A stretch of 64,000 nucleotides of DNA from Candidatus Omnitrophota bacterium (GTDB lineage: Bacteria > Omnitrophota > Gorgyraeia > Gygaellales > Profunditerraquicolaceae). The notes under the pieces are model-generated. The model was given only the letters and a program-made list of their open reading frames with translations, was not told the origin of the DNA and did not search any database. The stretch spans positions 3,237 through 67,236 of the forward strand of contig WOZK01000017.1 of the NCBI GenBank assembly GCA_011620275.1. The letters run 5' to 3'. Below are positions 9,427 to 19,687 of this stretch, piece after piece. The position numbers were made by a program, and so were the translations under genes. The number at the start of each line of letters is the position of its first letter. Position 1 is the first letter of the stretch.

Positions 9427-11189
9427 AATATGTTTCCGGCATTTTGAAAAGGACGGCCACGTTGATATTTGTCTGCCAAGCGCTGTTTCTTGTTTCCTGT
9501 TTTTCTTCTTCCGCGGCGGAGATCACCATGGTCTGCACAGGGGACACCCACGCCATGCTTTATCCCTGTAATTGTTCCAGGGAACCGGACGGCGGAATCG
9601 CCAGGCGCGTGGCGCTGCTAAAGAACCTGCGGGGATGCAGCAGGGATTTTCTGCTGGTTGACTCCGGCGGTTTCTTCGGCGGCGGGCAGTCGGATTCCTA
9701 CAGCCAGAACAGCGAGATGGACAAACGCCGGACGCTTTTCTATCTGCGCGGAATGCAGATGGCCGGTTACGATGCGGTTGCCGTCGGTTTCGACGAGTTC
9801 AATTTCGGGCTCGACTTCCTGGAGCAGAACGTCAAGGCATACGGACTGCCGGCGGTTTCCGCCAATATCAAGGCGGCCTTTCTCAAGAGATTCATCATAA
9901 AAGACGTCGCCGGGATGAAGATAGGGATCACTTCCATAGTCGCTCCTTCGGTTTCCATGAAAGCGGCCGGCCTGGAGGTGGAAGATCCGATCTCCGCGCT
10001 GAAAAAGGCCGCCGCCGAGATGAAGGATTTGAAAGTGGATTGTCTGGTTCTGCTCAGCGGGTTGAACGAACAGGACAGCAGGCTGGCGGTAAAAGAGATC
10101 CCGGAAATAAAAGTGGTGGTCCTCTCCAAGAGCGGCGGGGAAGATAGCCAGCAGGAATACGGTGGGTCGCTTTTCCTTAAACCTTCCTGGCAGGGCAGGC
10201 ATCTTGTGAAAGCGGAATTAACGTTCGAGAAAGGCGTCCTGACAGGCAAGCGCACGGAAAGCATCAGGTTGTCCTCCGAGATACCCGGGGACAAACAGGC
10301 GTTGTCCGAATTGCCGGCCTGCTTCGCGGACTTCAACTGCAAAAAGGATGGTGTGACCGGCGCCTGCTTGAATCCGGGAGAGAAATCCGCCTCGTGCTCT
10401 TTCCGTAAACAGCCGAAAGTCTCCCTTACTGTGCTGACGCTGAAGGACTGCCTGGGCTGCGACACGGATACAAAGATCGCTTATCTGAAAGGGCAGTTCG
10501 GCGGCCTGGACGTTTCCTATATTTATTACCCCGGCTCGAAGGCCGCGGCTCTCGTTAAAAAGCTGGGGCTCATCACCCTGCCGGTTTATCTCTTCGGCCC
10601 GGAGGTGGAAAAAGAGACGGCTTTCACGGGGATAAAAGACAGCCTGGAGTTTAAGGGGGGATATTACGTGCTTTCTCCGGCGGTCGGCGGCATCGCTTTC
10701 TTTCTGGACAGGCCGCACGCAGCCGGCAGGCTGGACGTTTTTATGGGATTATTCGAGCCGAAATCCTCCGCGGTGATAGAGAGTTTGCGGGAAATAAAAC
10801 CGGAATTGCATTTTCTGGCTAGCGATAACGAGGGCAAACTGGAGGCGCAGCGGGGTATTGCGGAGATCCAGGAATACTTAAGGGCAGTCTGCGTGAAGAA
10901 ATACGCCCCCGGTTCGTTCTGGGATTATATCTCTTGCCGCTCTCGCGACATAAACAGTTCATGGTGGGAGGATTGTCTGCCTGCCGGGACGGACGTAGCG
11001 AAGATAAAGGCCTGCGCCAAATGCCGCGATGGAGAAGATTTGTTGAGAGAGAACATAGGGTTGAACAAGGAACTGGGGGTTATGGCCGGGCCGACTTTTC
11101 TCGTTAACAATACCGAGATATTCGGCGTTCGCGGAGTATTTCCTCAAGAAGACCTGAAGAAACTGCTTGGGCAGGGCCCGCGGCGGTGA
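9423..11189 (+). CDS. Secreted protein: degenerate UshA/5'-nucleotidase-like N-domain with CxC, Cys-rich linker, thioredoxin-like C-terminal region
   Basis: Signal peptide; TGDTH..LYPCNC....GGIARR, VDSGG, SANI motifs of UshA-like folds; CLGC motif and C-terminal GPTFLVNN. Confidence 0.65.
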   Translation: MKYVSGILKRTATLIFVCQALFLVSCFSSSAAEITMVCTGDTHAMLYPCNCSREPDGGIARRVALLKNLRGCSRDFLLVDSGGFFGGGQSDSYSQNSEMDKRRTLFYLRGMQMAGYDAVAVGFDEFNFGLDFLEQNVKAYGLPAVSANIKAAFLKRFIIKDVAGMKIGITSIVAPSVSMKAAGLEVEDPISALKKAAAEMKDLKVDCLVLLSGLNEQDSRLAVKEIPEIKVVVLSKSGGEDSQQEYGGSLFLKPSWQGRHLVKAELTFEKGVLTGKRTESIRLSSEIPGDKQALSELPACFADFNCKKDGVTGACLNPGEKSASCSFRKQPKVSLTVLTLKDCLGCDTDTKIAYLKGQFGGLDVSYIYYPGSKAAALVKKLGLITLPVYLFGPEVEKETAFTGIKDSLEFKGGYYVLSPAVGGIAFFLDRPHAAGRLDVFMGLFEPKSSAVIESLREIKPELHFLASDNEGKLEAQRGIAEIQEYLRAVCVKKYAPGSFWDYISCRSRDINSSWWEDCLPAGTDVAKIKACAKCRDGEDLLRENIGLNKELGVMAGPTFLVNNTEIFGVRGVFPQEDLKKLLGQGPRR

Positions 11190-11213
11190 TAACAGGGGCA
11201 TAGGAGAAATGAA

Positions 11214-12449
11214 ATGAACAAGCCGACTATTTACTTGATCGATGTTACCAACAGGGACGGCGTGCAGACTTCGCGCATCTGCCTTTCCAAGCTCGAAAAG
11301 ACCATGATAAACATCTACCTGAATGAAATGGGCGTTTTTCAGTCGGAGTTCGGGTTTCCGGTGACCAGGCATGAGACCAATTATCTTAACGCTAATCTCG
11401 AACTGGCGCAGCGCGGTGCCCTTCCCAGGATTAGGCTGGGCGGCTGGATCAGGGCCACAAAGGGGGATGTCGAGACTGCCTTCAGGATGGTGCCGGGCCT
11501 AAAACATCTTAACTTATCGATGTCCACTTCCGACCAGATGATCACGCATAAATTCAAGGGCAAACTTGATCACGAGTCCGTGATCAGCGAGATGACGGAA
11601 GCGGTCAAGGACGCCATATCCTGCGGCGCCGAAAGCGTGGGGGTGAACGCCGAGGATGCCTCCCGCACCAGGATAGAATACCTCATCGAGTTCGCAGCCG
11701 CGGCAAAGGCCGCCGGAGCCCACAGGATCAGATATTGCGACACGCTTGGCTGCGAAACGCCTTTCAGCATTTACGAAAGGATAGCGAAACTGGTGGAAGC
11801 GGTCAAGATGCCGGTCGAAGTGCACTGTCACAATGATCTTGGTATGGTGGTGGCCAACTCCGTGGCCGGCGCAAAGGCGGCGATCGATTGCGGCCAGGAT
11901 GCATACATCAATACCTGCGTAAACGGTATGGGGGAACGCGCCGGCAATGCCGATCTGGTTTCCGTGATCCTGGCTGTCAAATACGGCAGCGGCATGCAGG
12001 ATTACAGGCTGGATCCCGGCCTGCATCTGAAGACAGCCTGGAAGATATGTAAATACGCTTCCTACGCCTTCGGGGTTTCTATACCGATCAACCAGCCGGG
12101 CATCGGCGCCAACGCCTTCGCGCACGAGTCGGGGATACACGCGGATGGGGCGCTCAAGGACAGGCGTAATTACGAGCTTTACGAATATGAAGAGCTCGGC
12201 AGAGGGGAACCGGAGATAATCGAGACCGGCCGCAAGATCACCGCCGGGGAATATTCCGGTATCAAAGGGTTTCGGAACGTCTATGAGAAACTGGAAGTGG
12301 CTTTTCAGAATGACGAAGAAGCCACACGCATACTCGAGCTCGTGCGTTACGCCAACGTGCATAATCAGAAACCTCTGGTGGACGACGAGCTGAGTTTCAT
12401 CGCCAAATATCCTGAAATAGCCGGGAAGATATTTACAATGCAGCCTTAA
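11214..12449 (+). CDS. DRE-TIM metallolyase, homocitrate synthase/NifV-like, without LeuA regulatory domain
   Basis: DVTNRDGVQ, AEDASR, YCDTLG, HCHNDLG, GMGERAGNA, AFAHESGIHADG. Confidence 0.8.
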   Translation: MNKPTIYLIDVTNRDGVQTSRICLSKLEKTMINIYLNEMGVFQSEFGFPVTRHETNYLNANLELAQRGALPRIRLGGWIRATKGDVETAFRMVPGLKHLNLSMSTSDQMITHKFKGKLDHESVISEMTEAVKDAISCGAESVGVNAEDASRTRIEYLIEFAAAAKAAGAHRIRYCDTLGCETPFSIYERIAKLVEAVKMPVEVHCHNDLGMVVANSVAGAKAAIDCGQDAYINTCVNGMGERAGNADLVSVILAVKYGSGMQDYRLDPGLHLKTAWKICKYASYAFGVSIPINQPGIGANAFAHESGIHADGALKDRRNYELYEYEELGRGEPEIIETGRKITAGEYSGIKGFRNVYEKLEVAFQNDEEATRILELVRYANVHNQKPLVDDELSFIAKYPEIAGKIFTMQP

Positions 12450-13757
<1,308 letters not shown>

Positions 13758-13770
13758 CGGTTTAAAAAGC

Positions 13771-13799
13771 TTGACTGGCACAAGAGGTTATGTTATATT
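13771..13799 (+). promoter_or_regulatory. Sigma70-type promoter for the OmpA-family gene
   Basis: TTGACT-17 nt-TATATT with extended -10 TG; AGGAGG SD downstream. Confidence 0.7.
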
Positions 13800-13827
13800 G
13801 AAATCCATTCCTAAAAGGAGGGGAAAA

Positions 13828-14496
13828 ATGTCTTCCAGATATTTATTTGCGGCAGTCGCGACATTGTTGACGGTGTCTTTGTTTTCCGGGTGCACTTTTA
13901 TTTTTCAGAAAGGCAGGCGTTCCGATGCGCAAAAGATAGAACAGCTGGCGCAGCAGATCGACGATCTGGGACAGGCGAAGAAACTGCTGGAAGACAGGCT
14001 TAGCCAGGAGATACAGGATAAGCAAGTCAAGCTGGAGAGGATGGGAAAGGGGCTGGTCATAACTTTCGTCGCCGATGTTCTCTTCGATTCCGGAAAAGCA
14101 GCGATCAAACCGGAGGCCTCGGCGAGCCTTGACAAGGTTGCCCGCGTCTTGCAGGAGAATGTGCCTGATCTCAACGTGGGAATAGAGGGGCACACCGACA
14201 ACATTCCCATAAAGGTCTCGGGGTGGAAGTCCAACTGGGAACTCTCCTCCGCGCGCGCGCTTAGCGTGCTGCATTATCTTATCGACGAAAAAGGCATTTC
14301 TCCGGAACGTTTATCGGCCATAGGCTATGGCGAATACCGCCCGGTCGCGTCCAACGACAGCAAAAAAGGGAGACAACAAAATAGAAGGGTGGAAATAGTC
14401 ATCCTGCCCAAGGTGAGCAAAGTCGCCGATGATGCCGCTGGAACTCTCGAACCGGCCCAAGAGGCTGTCGAAGAGACGGCTGAGAACCTTAAGTAG
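13828..14496 (+). CDS. OmpA/MotB-family peptidoglycan-binding lipoprotein
   Basis: Lipobox LFSGC, coiled coil, VLFDSGKA, EGHTDN, NWELSSARA, NRRVEI. Confidence 0.9.
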   Translation: MSSRYLFAAVATLLTVSLFSGCTFIFQKGRRSDAQKIEQLAQQIDDLGQAKKLLEDRLSQEIQDKQVKLERMGKGLVITFVADVLFDSGKAAIKPEASASLDKVARVLQENVPDLNVGIEGHTDNIPIKVSGWKSNWELSSARALSVLHYLIDEKGISPERLSAIGYGEYRPVASNDSKKGRQQNRRVEIVILPKVSKVADDAAGTLEPAQEAVEETAENLK

Positions 14497-14592
14497 GGCC
14501 CGGACGCCGTTACACTTCAAGAGCCGGCGTTGCCCCCGGGAGGAAAATCTTTTCTTAAGCCGCGGCAGTTTGCCGCACGGGTAAATTTCCGA

Positions 14593-14789
14593 GCAAGAAT
14601 ATACTTTGTTAAAAAACGGCTCAATTTAATGGTTTTATCTTCGAGAAGATGCGTTGAACCAACATGAAATCAAGGATAATCAATGCATTGGAATACGCGT
14701 AACGTTTCTAATGACAATATGTTACAATAAGACGGCCTTGGGAAAGTAAGCACAAAGAAAATAGATTTTAACAAAGTGCTGCAAGAATA
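14593..14789. mobile_element. MITE-like / IS-remnant candidate
   Basis: Perfect 12-bp inverted repeats ACTTTGTTAAAA (14603-14614) / TTTTAACAAAGT (14766-14777); flanking direct repeat GCAAGAATA (14593-14601, 14781-14789); AT-rich non-coding interior. Confidence 0.5.
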
Positions 14790-14844
14790 AACCACGAGTA
14801 TCGTATTTTTTAACCCGCGTTCTTTGCGGAACCGGGTTTCTAAC

Positions 14845-15225
14845 ATGGAAGAAAGCCTGAAAACCCGGATAATTTTTATACTGGCGGTATTGTCGTTGAT
14901 ATGCCTGATCGGCATGATCGGTTCCTGCTCCAGCGCGTTCAGGAAAAGGGCGGAATACAACGGGGAGATGCGCCTGCGCCTTGATAAGGAAGAAGAACTT
15001 CTTAAAGTGAAGAGGGAAAAGACGGCCTGTATGGTAGAGGCGGACAGGCTCCGAAAGGCCCTTGATGAAGAGAAGGAGCTCTCCATGTCGTTGAAGAACG
15101 AACTGCTGCAGGAAAAGCTCGTCAACCAGAATCTTAAAGAAGAAATGCAGAAGGTCGCCAGGCTCAATGAAAGGCTTGAGAACGAACTTAAAGAGGCGGC
15201 TGTCGGGAACAAGACCCGTAGATAG
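14845..15225 (+). CDS. Hypothetical membrane-anchored coiled-coil protein
   Basis: N-terminal hydrophobic helix ending in MIGSC, then a Glu/Lys/Leu-rich heptad region. Confidence 0.7.
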   Translation: MEESLKTRIIFILAVLSLICLIGMIGSCSSAFRKRAEYNGEMRLRLDKEEELLKVKREKTACMVEADRLRKALDEEKELSMSLKNELLQEKLVNQNLKEEMQKVARLNERLENELKEAAVGNKTRR

Positions 15226-15267
15226 CGCGTGCGAGATGGAAATAAAGCCGTAGTTAAGATTATCGAT

Positions 15268-15296
15268 AAGGGGATTACTCAATCCCCTTTTTGTTT
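15268..15296 (+). terminator. Intrinsic terminator
   Basis: AAGGGGATT-ACTC-AATCCCCTT stem-loop followed by TTTGTTT. Confidence 0.75.
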
Positions 15297-15310
15297 GAAG
15301 GGAGGATTTT

Positions 15311-16381
15311 ATGGCTATTCTGCGTAAGATCAAGAGCGGGGTAAAAAAGATGATTTCCGGGAGCAGAAAAAGCGTCACGGCCAAGCGCGCCGTTTCTTCT
15401 TCCGCGGGCAAGAAGAACGCGCAGAAGAAAACGAAGCCGACGGCGGATAGGACTGCGAAAAGAGCGGAGCTCAAACAGCCGGAACAGGCGGCTAAAAAAG
15501 AATTCCTGGGAGTCAGCGAAACGGCTGTCGGCAGGATGAAATTCTCCACCCCTGAAGCCGTGCGTTCCGCCTCGCGCTCCATGCCCACGGAACTGCCCGC
15601 GGCCTACGGCAGGGACAGGCTGGTGATCAACCCCAGGGATCCGTACTGGATCTTTTCCTATTGGGAGGTCACGCCCGGCACTTACGACACTTTACGCGGC
15701 CGCTTGGGAGACGATTTTTACAAGGCCAAGAAAGTGCTGAGGATTTACGACGTCAGCAACATAGTCTTCAACAGCCATAACGCCCATAAATATTTCGACA
15801 TAGAGGTCGGACCCGACGCGCTGAATTGGTATATCCACGTCCAGGAAGCCGGCCGTTCCTGGTGCGTCGACCTCGGTTTGAGACTTCCCAACGGAGAGTT
15901 CATCACCATCCTGCGTTCCAACGTGATCAGCACCCCGCTCGACGGCCCCTCCAGGATAACCGACGAGGAATGGATGGTACCGGAGGAACTCTTCGCCAGG
16001 CTTTACGGTATGGGTTTCGGTTTCGGGCAGAGTTCTCCGGTCGGCAAGACCTGGCAGGAACGGATCAGACGCGAACTCTTTTCGGGTATCCTTTCTTCCC
16101 CGGGGCTTTCTTCTTCCGGCAGTCCGGTCAAGGTGCCGCAGAGAGGGAAGAAAAGAAAATTCTGGATGGTGGTTAACACCGAGTTGATACTTTACGGAGC
16201 CACCGAACCGGACGCCAAGGTCACAGTGCAGGGAGTGCCGGTAAAGTTGAGGCCGGACGGTACTTTTTCTCTGCGTTTTTCTCTTCCGGACGGCACGCAG
16301 GTGCTTCCTGTCCGCGGGGTCTCCGCAGACGGTGAGGAGGAGAGAACCGTCACGCCGGTAGTATCACGAGAGACCAAGTAA
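15311..16381 (+). CDS. DUF4912 domain protein
   Basis: LP..YG.DRLV..PRDPYWIFSYWE, NWYI, C-terminal FWMVVNTELILYGATEPDAKVT; basic N-terminal tail; upstream of GH57. Confidence 0.85.
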   Translation: MAILRKIKSGVKKMISGSRKSVTAKRAVSSSAGKKNAQKKTKPTADRTAKRAELKQPEQAAKKEFLGVSETAVGRMKFSTPEAVRSASRSMPTELPAAYGRDRLVINPRDPYWIFSYWEVTPGTYDTLRGRLGDDFYKAKKVLRIYDVSNIVFNSHNAHKYFDIEVGPDALNWYIHVQEAGRSWCVDLGLRLPNGEFITILRSNVISTPLDGPSRITDEEWMVPEELFARLYGMGFGFGQSSPVGKTWQERIRRELFSGILSSPGLSSSGSPVKVPQRGKKRKFWMVVNTELILYGATEPDAKVTVQGVPVKLRPDGTFSLRFSLPDGTQVLPVRGVSADGEEERTVTPVVSRETK

Positions 16382-16543
16382 ACCGCAGCCCGAAGCAGGT
16401 ATTCCTTCCGCAGGGCACGAAGCGCTTTATGCATTATTTCTCCGTTTTAGATGCGGCCGGGATTTCCCGGAGAGGCAGTCCATCCGCATGGACGGCCGGA
16501 AAGTCTTAACCCAGATTCAACTTTGAGCGTAAAGGGGGGGGGA

Positions 16544-18118
16544 ATGAGCAAGGGGTATTTGTGTCTGGTACTGCACAGTCATCTGCCGTTTGTAAGGCAC
16601 CCGGAGCATGAGGATTTTCTGGAAGAGGATTGGCTTTACGAGGCCATTACCGAGACTTACGTTCCCCTGATCTGGATGATGGACGGACTGCTGCGGGACA
16701 AGGTGGATTTCCGCCTGACCATGTCCCTTACGCCGACACTTACGGCGATGCTGCAGGACAGGCTTCTGCAGGACAGGTATATAAAACATATCAGCGGCCT
16801 TATAGAACTCTCGCATAAGGAAGTGGAAAGGACCCGCTGGGAGCCGCAGTTTCAGAAATTGGCTATAATGTATCTGAATACCTTTTGCCGGGCCCGGGAC
16901 ACTTTCGAGTATTATCACCGCGACCTGGTCAACGCCTTTCGCAATTTCCAGAACGCCGGAAAACTCGAGATTATAACCTGCGGGGCCACCCATGGGTTCT
17001 TCCCGATGATGGACGTGGTCAAGCAGTCCGTGAAGGCCCAGGTAAAAGTAGCTGTCGCCAGCTACGAGAAGGCGTTCGGCTGCAAACCGCGCGGCATCTG
17101 GCTGCCCGAGTGCGGTTATAATCCGAACGACGACGAGATACTGCGCGAGGCAGGGATACGTTATTTCTTCACCGACGCGCACGGGGTGCTGCACGGGACG
17201 CCGCGTCCCAAGTACGGGGTGTTCGCGCCGGTTTATTGTAAGTCCGGCGTCGCCTGTTTCGGAAGGGACCTGGAGTCGTCCAAGCAGGTCTGGTCGTCAA
17301 TAGAAGGATATCCGGGGGATTATTATTACCGGGAATTTTACCGTGACATCGGGTTCGACCTCGATTACGATTATATAAAGGATTATATACATCCCGACGG
17401 CATAAGGATCAACACCGGCATAAAGTATTACCGTATCACCGGCAGTTCCGACAAGCAGCCTTACGAACCGGATATAGCGCGGGAAAAGGCTGCGGAGCAC
17501 GCGGGGAATTTTATGTTCAACCGCCAGCAGCAGGTCGAATACCTGCACGGGATCATGCACAAAAAACCCCTGATAGTATCGCCATACGACGCGGAGCTTT
17601 ACGGGCACTGGTGGTACGAGGGGCCGATGTGGCTGGATTTCCTGATGCGCAAAGTGTATCACGATCAGAAAAGCATACGCATGATAACCCCTTCCGAATA
17701 CCTCAACGAGAACCCGCGTAACCAGGTAGTTACTCCTTCCATGTCGAGCTGGGGATGGAAAGGTTACAGCGAGATGTGGGTACAGGGCTGCAACGACTGG
17801 ATATACCGCCACCTGCACGCCGCCTCAGACCAGATGACCGAGCTTTCTTCCCGGCATCACGATTCCCACGGCATAAAGCGCCGCGCCCTTAATCAAGCCT
17901 TGCGCGAGCTGTTGCTGGCGCAGAGCTCCGACTGGGCGTTTATAATGGGGACGGGGACGCACGTCTCGTATGCCGTGAAACGCACCAAGGAACATCTGCT
18001 GCGTTTCGGGCGTCTCTACGAGGAGATCAAATCCAATAATATAGACGAGCAGTGGCTTGCCGAGATCGAGCAGGCGGATAATATCTTCCCGGAAATAGAT
18101 TACCGGGTACATGCCTGA
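16544..18118 (+). CDS. GH57 1,4-alpha-glucan branching enzyme (with DUF1957 C-domain)
   Basis: LHSHLPFV, EAITETY.P, GIWLPEC (nucleophile Glu), PYDAELYGHWWYEG (acid/base Asp), LLAQSSDW. Confidence 0.92.
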   Translation: MSKGYLCLVLHSHLPFVRHPEHEDFLEEDWLYEAITETYVPLIWMMDGLLRDKVDFRLTMSLTPTLTAMLQDRLLQDRYIKHISGLIELSHKEVERTRWEPQFQKLAIMYLNTFCRARDTFEYYHRDLVNAFRNFQNAGKLEIITCGATHGFFPMMDVVKQSVKAQVKVAVASYEKAFGCKPRGIWLPECGYNPNDDEILREAGIRYFFTDAHGVLHGTPRPKYGVFAPVYCKSGVACFGRDLESSKQVWSSIEGYPGDYYYREFYRDIGFDLDYDYIKDYIHPDGIRINTGIKYYRITGSSDKQPYEPDIAREKAAEHAGNFMFNRQQQVEYLHGIMHKKPLIVSPYDAELYGHWWYEGPMWLDFLMRKVYHDQKSIRMITPSEYLNENPRNQVVTPSMSSWGWKGYSEMWVQGCNDWIYRHLHAASDQMTELSSRHHDSHGIKRRALNQALRELLLAQSSDWAFIMGTGTHVSYAVKRTKEHLLRFGRLYEEIKSNNIDEQWLAEIEQADNIFPEIDYRVHA

Positions 18119-18135
18119 AGCGGCAGGGAACCGAT

Positions 18136-18837
18136 ATGGACAAGATACCTACGCATGTCGCGATAATAATGGACGGCAACGGCCGCTGGGCAGGCGAACG
18201 CGGGTTGGCGCGCAGCCACGGCCACCGCCAGGGCGTTAAAAGGGCGGAGGAGATTATTAACGCCGCTTCGCGCATGGGGGTTAAAGTGCTTACCCTGTTC
18301 GCTTTCTCCACGGAGAACTGGTCCAGACCGAAGCGGGAAGTCGGTATGCTGATGCGGTTGTTATACAATTTCCTGGCAGGCAGGGCCGAGAAACTGCAGA
18401 ACCGCAATATCAGGTTTCGCATGATAGGCAGAAAAGAAAACTTGCCGAGGTATCTTTCCGACAAACTCGAGAACTTTCAGGCTAAGACAGCAGGCAATAC
18501 CGGGATGACCGTTGTCTTGGCTTTCAACTACGGCGGAAGGCAGGAGATTATGGATGCGGCCGGTAAATACGCGCTGGATGTTCTGAAAAACGGCGCCGTC
18601 TCCTCCGGTCTGGATGAGGAAAGATTCGGCGGGTATCTTTATACGTCCGGTATCCCTGATCCGGACCTGCTTATCCGCACCAGCGGTGAGATGCGCCTGA
18701 GTAATTTTATGCTCTGGCAGCTTTCTTATTGCGAACTGTATTTTACGAAAACCTTCTGGCCGGATTTCGGGGCGAAAGAGTTTGAAAAGGCTCTTAAAAG
18801 CTACGCGCTCCGGCAGCGCAGATTCGGCAGTCTTTAG
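18136..18837 (+). CDS. uppS: Undecaprenyl diphosphate synthase
   Basis: HVAIIMDGNGRWA, FSTENWSRP, NYGGR, IRTSGEMRLSNFMLWQ. Confidence 0.97.
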   Translation: MDKIPTHVAIIMDGNGRWAGERGLARSHGHRQGVKRAEEIINAASRMGVKVLTLFAFSTENWSRPKREVGMLMRLLYNFLAGRAEKLQNRNIRFRMIGRKENLPRYLSDKLENFQAKTAGNTGMTVVLAFNYGGRQEIMDAAGKYALDVLKNGAVSSGLDEERFGGYLYTSGIPDPDLLIRTSGEMRLSNFMLWQLSYCELYFTKTFWPDFGAKEFEKALKSYALRQRRFGSL

Positions 18838-18852
18838 GGAGGCGGGGATATA

Positions 18853-19683
18853 ATGCCTACATTACATAAGGATAATACGCTGAAGAAAAGGATATTCAGT
18901 TCTTTAGTGCTGATTACCGGTACCGCCGTGGCCGCGGCGGTGGACTGGGTCTGCGGACTCGCCGTGACTTTTATCGTTGCCGCCGCCCTGCGGGAGTTCT
19001 TCGGCATGCTGGAAAAGAAGGGATTGAAGATATACAAGCGTTTCGGCATACTGGTGGGGGCGGTGATCCCGTTTTCGATAATGCTGCGTTTCGAGCTGAC
19101 GCGGGGGTGGGAGTTGTTTTTCCTGGCTGCCGGACTGCTGACCCTAATAATACTGCAGTTCAGCCGCAGGGATAATTCGGGGGCGATTGTTGATATTTCC
19201 GTGACCATTTTCGGCATAATATACATCGCTTGGTTCCTGAGTTTCTTGATAAAGATACGATACATGGAGGGAGGGCTGGGGCTCATCGTTGTGCTTCTGT
19301 TGATCGCTAAAGGAGGGGACATCGGTGCGTACCTGATCGGGAGGCGTTTCGGCAGGACCCCGCTTCTTCCCCGCATCAGCCCGCGCAAGTCGGTGGAAGG
19401 AGCGGTGGGCGGCCTGCTCTTCAGCGCGGCCGCCGGGACGGTCAGCGGCATGCTGTTGAAGTTTCCTATGACGACGATTCCGCACCTTTTGTTCATCGGC
19501 ATCAGCCTGGGGATACTGGCTCAACTGGGCGACCTTTCCGAATCCCTCGTAAAACGCGACTGCCAGGTCAAGGACTCCGGAAATTTCTTCCCGGGTATGG
19601 GAGGCATACTGGACGTCGTTGACAGTTTGATCTTTACCGCTCCGGTTTTCTATTTTTATCTGACGTTCAATACATACCGCTGA
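18853..19683 (+). CDS. cdsA: Phosphatidate cytidylyltransferase
   Basis: Polytopic membrane protein; DIGAY, ISPRKSVEG, GDLSES..KR...KDSG...PG.GG.LD. Confidence 0.93.
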   Translation: MPTLHKDNTLKKRIFSSLVLITGTAVAAAVDWVCGLAVTFIVAAALREFFGMLEKKGLKIYKRFGILVGAVIPFSIMLRFELTRGWELFFLAAGLLTLIILQFSRRDNSGAIVDISVTIFGIIYIAWFLSFLIKIRYMEGGLGLIVVLLLIAKGGDIGAYLIGRRFGRTPLLPRISPRKSVEGAVGGLLFSAAAGTVSGMLLKFPMTTIPHLLFIGISLGILAQLGDLSESLVKRDCQVKDSGNFFPGMGGILDVVDSLIFTAPVFYFYLTFNTYR

Positions 19684-19687
19684 TTTT

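Noticed and set aside
9423-11189. Metallophosphatase-like gene as a SerB substitute
   Set aside because: It has a signal peptide and lacks most metal ligands, so a cytoplasmic phosphoserine phosphatase role is unlikely.
11187-11192. TGA of the UshA-like gene as selenocysteine or read-through into the next gene
   Set aside because: TGA is followed immediately by in-frame TAA, and the CxC motif uses ordinary Cys codons.
14590-14815. AT-rich spacer as a replication origin
   Set aside because: No convincing TTATCCACA-type DnaA boxes and no dnaA/dnaN/gidA context.
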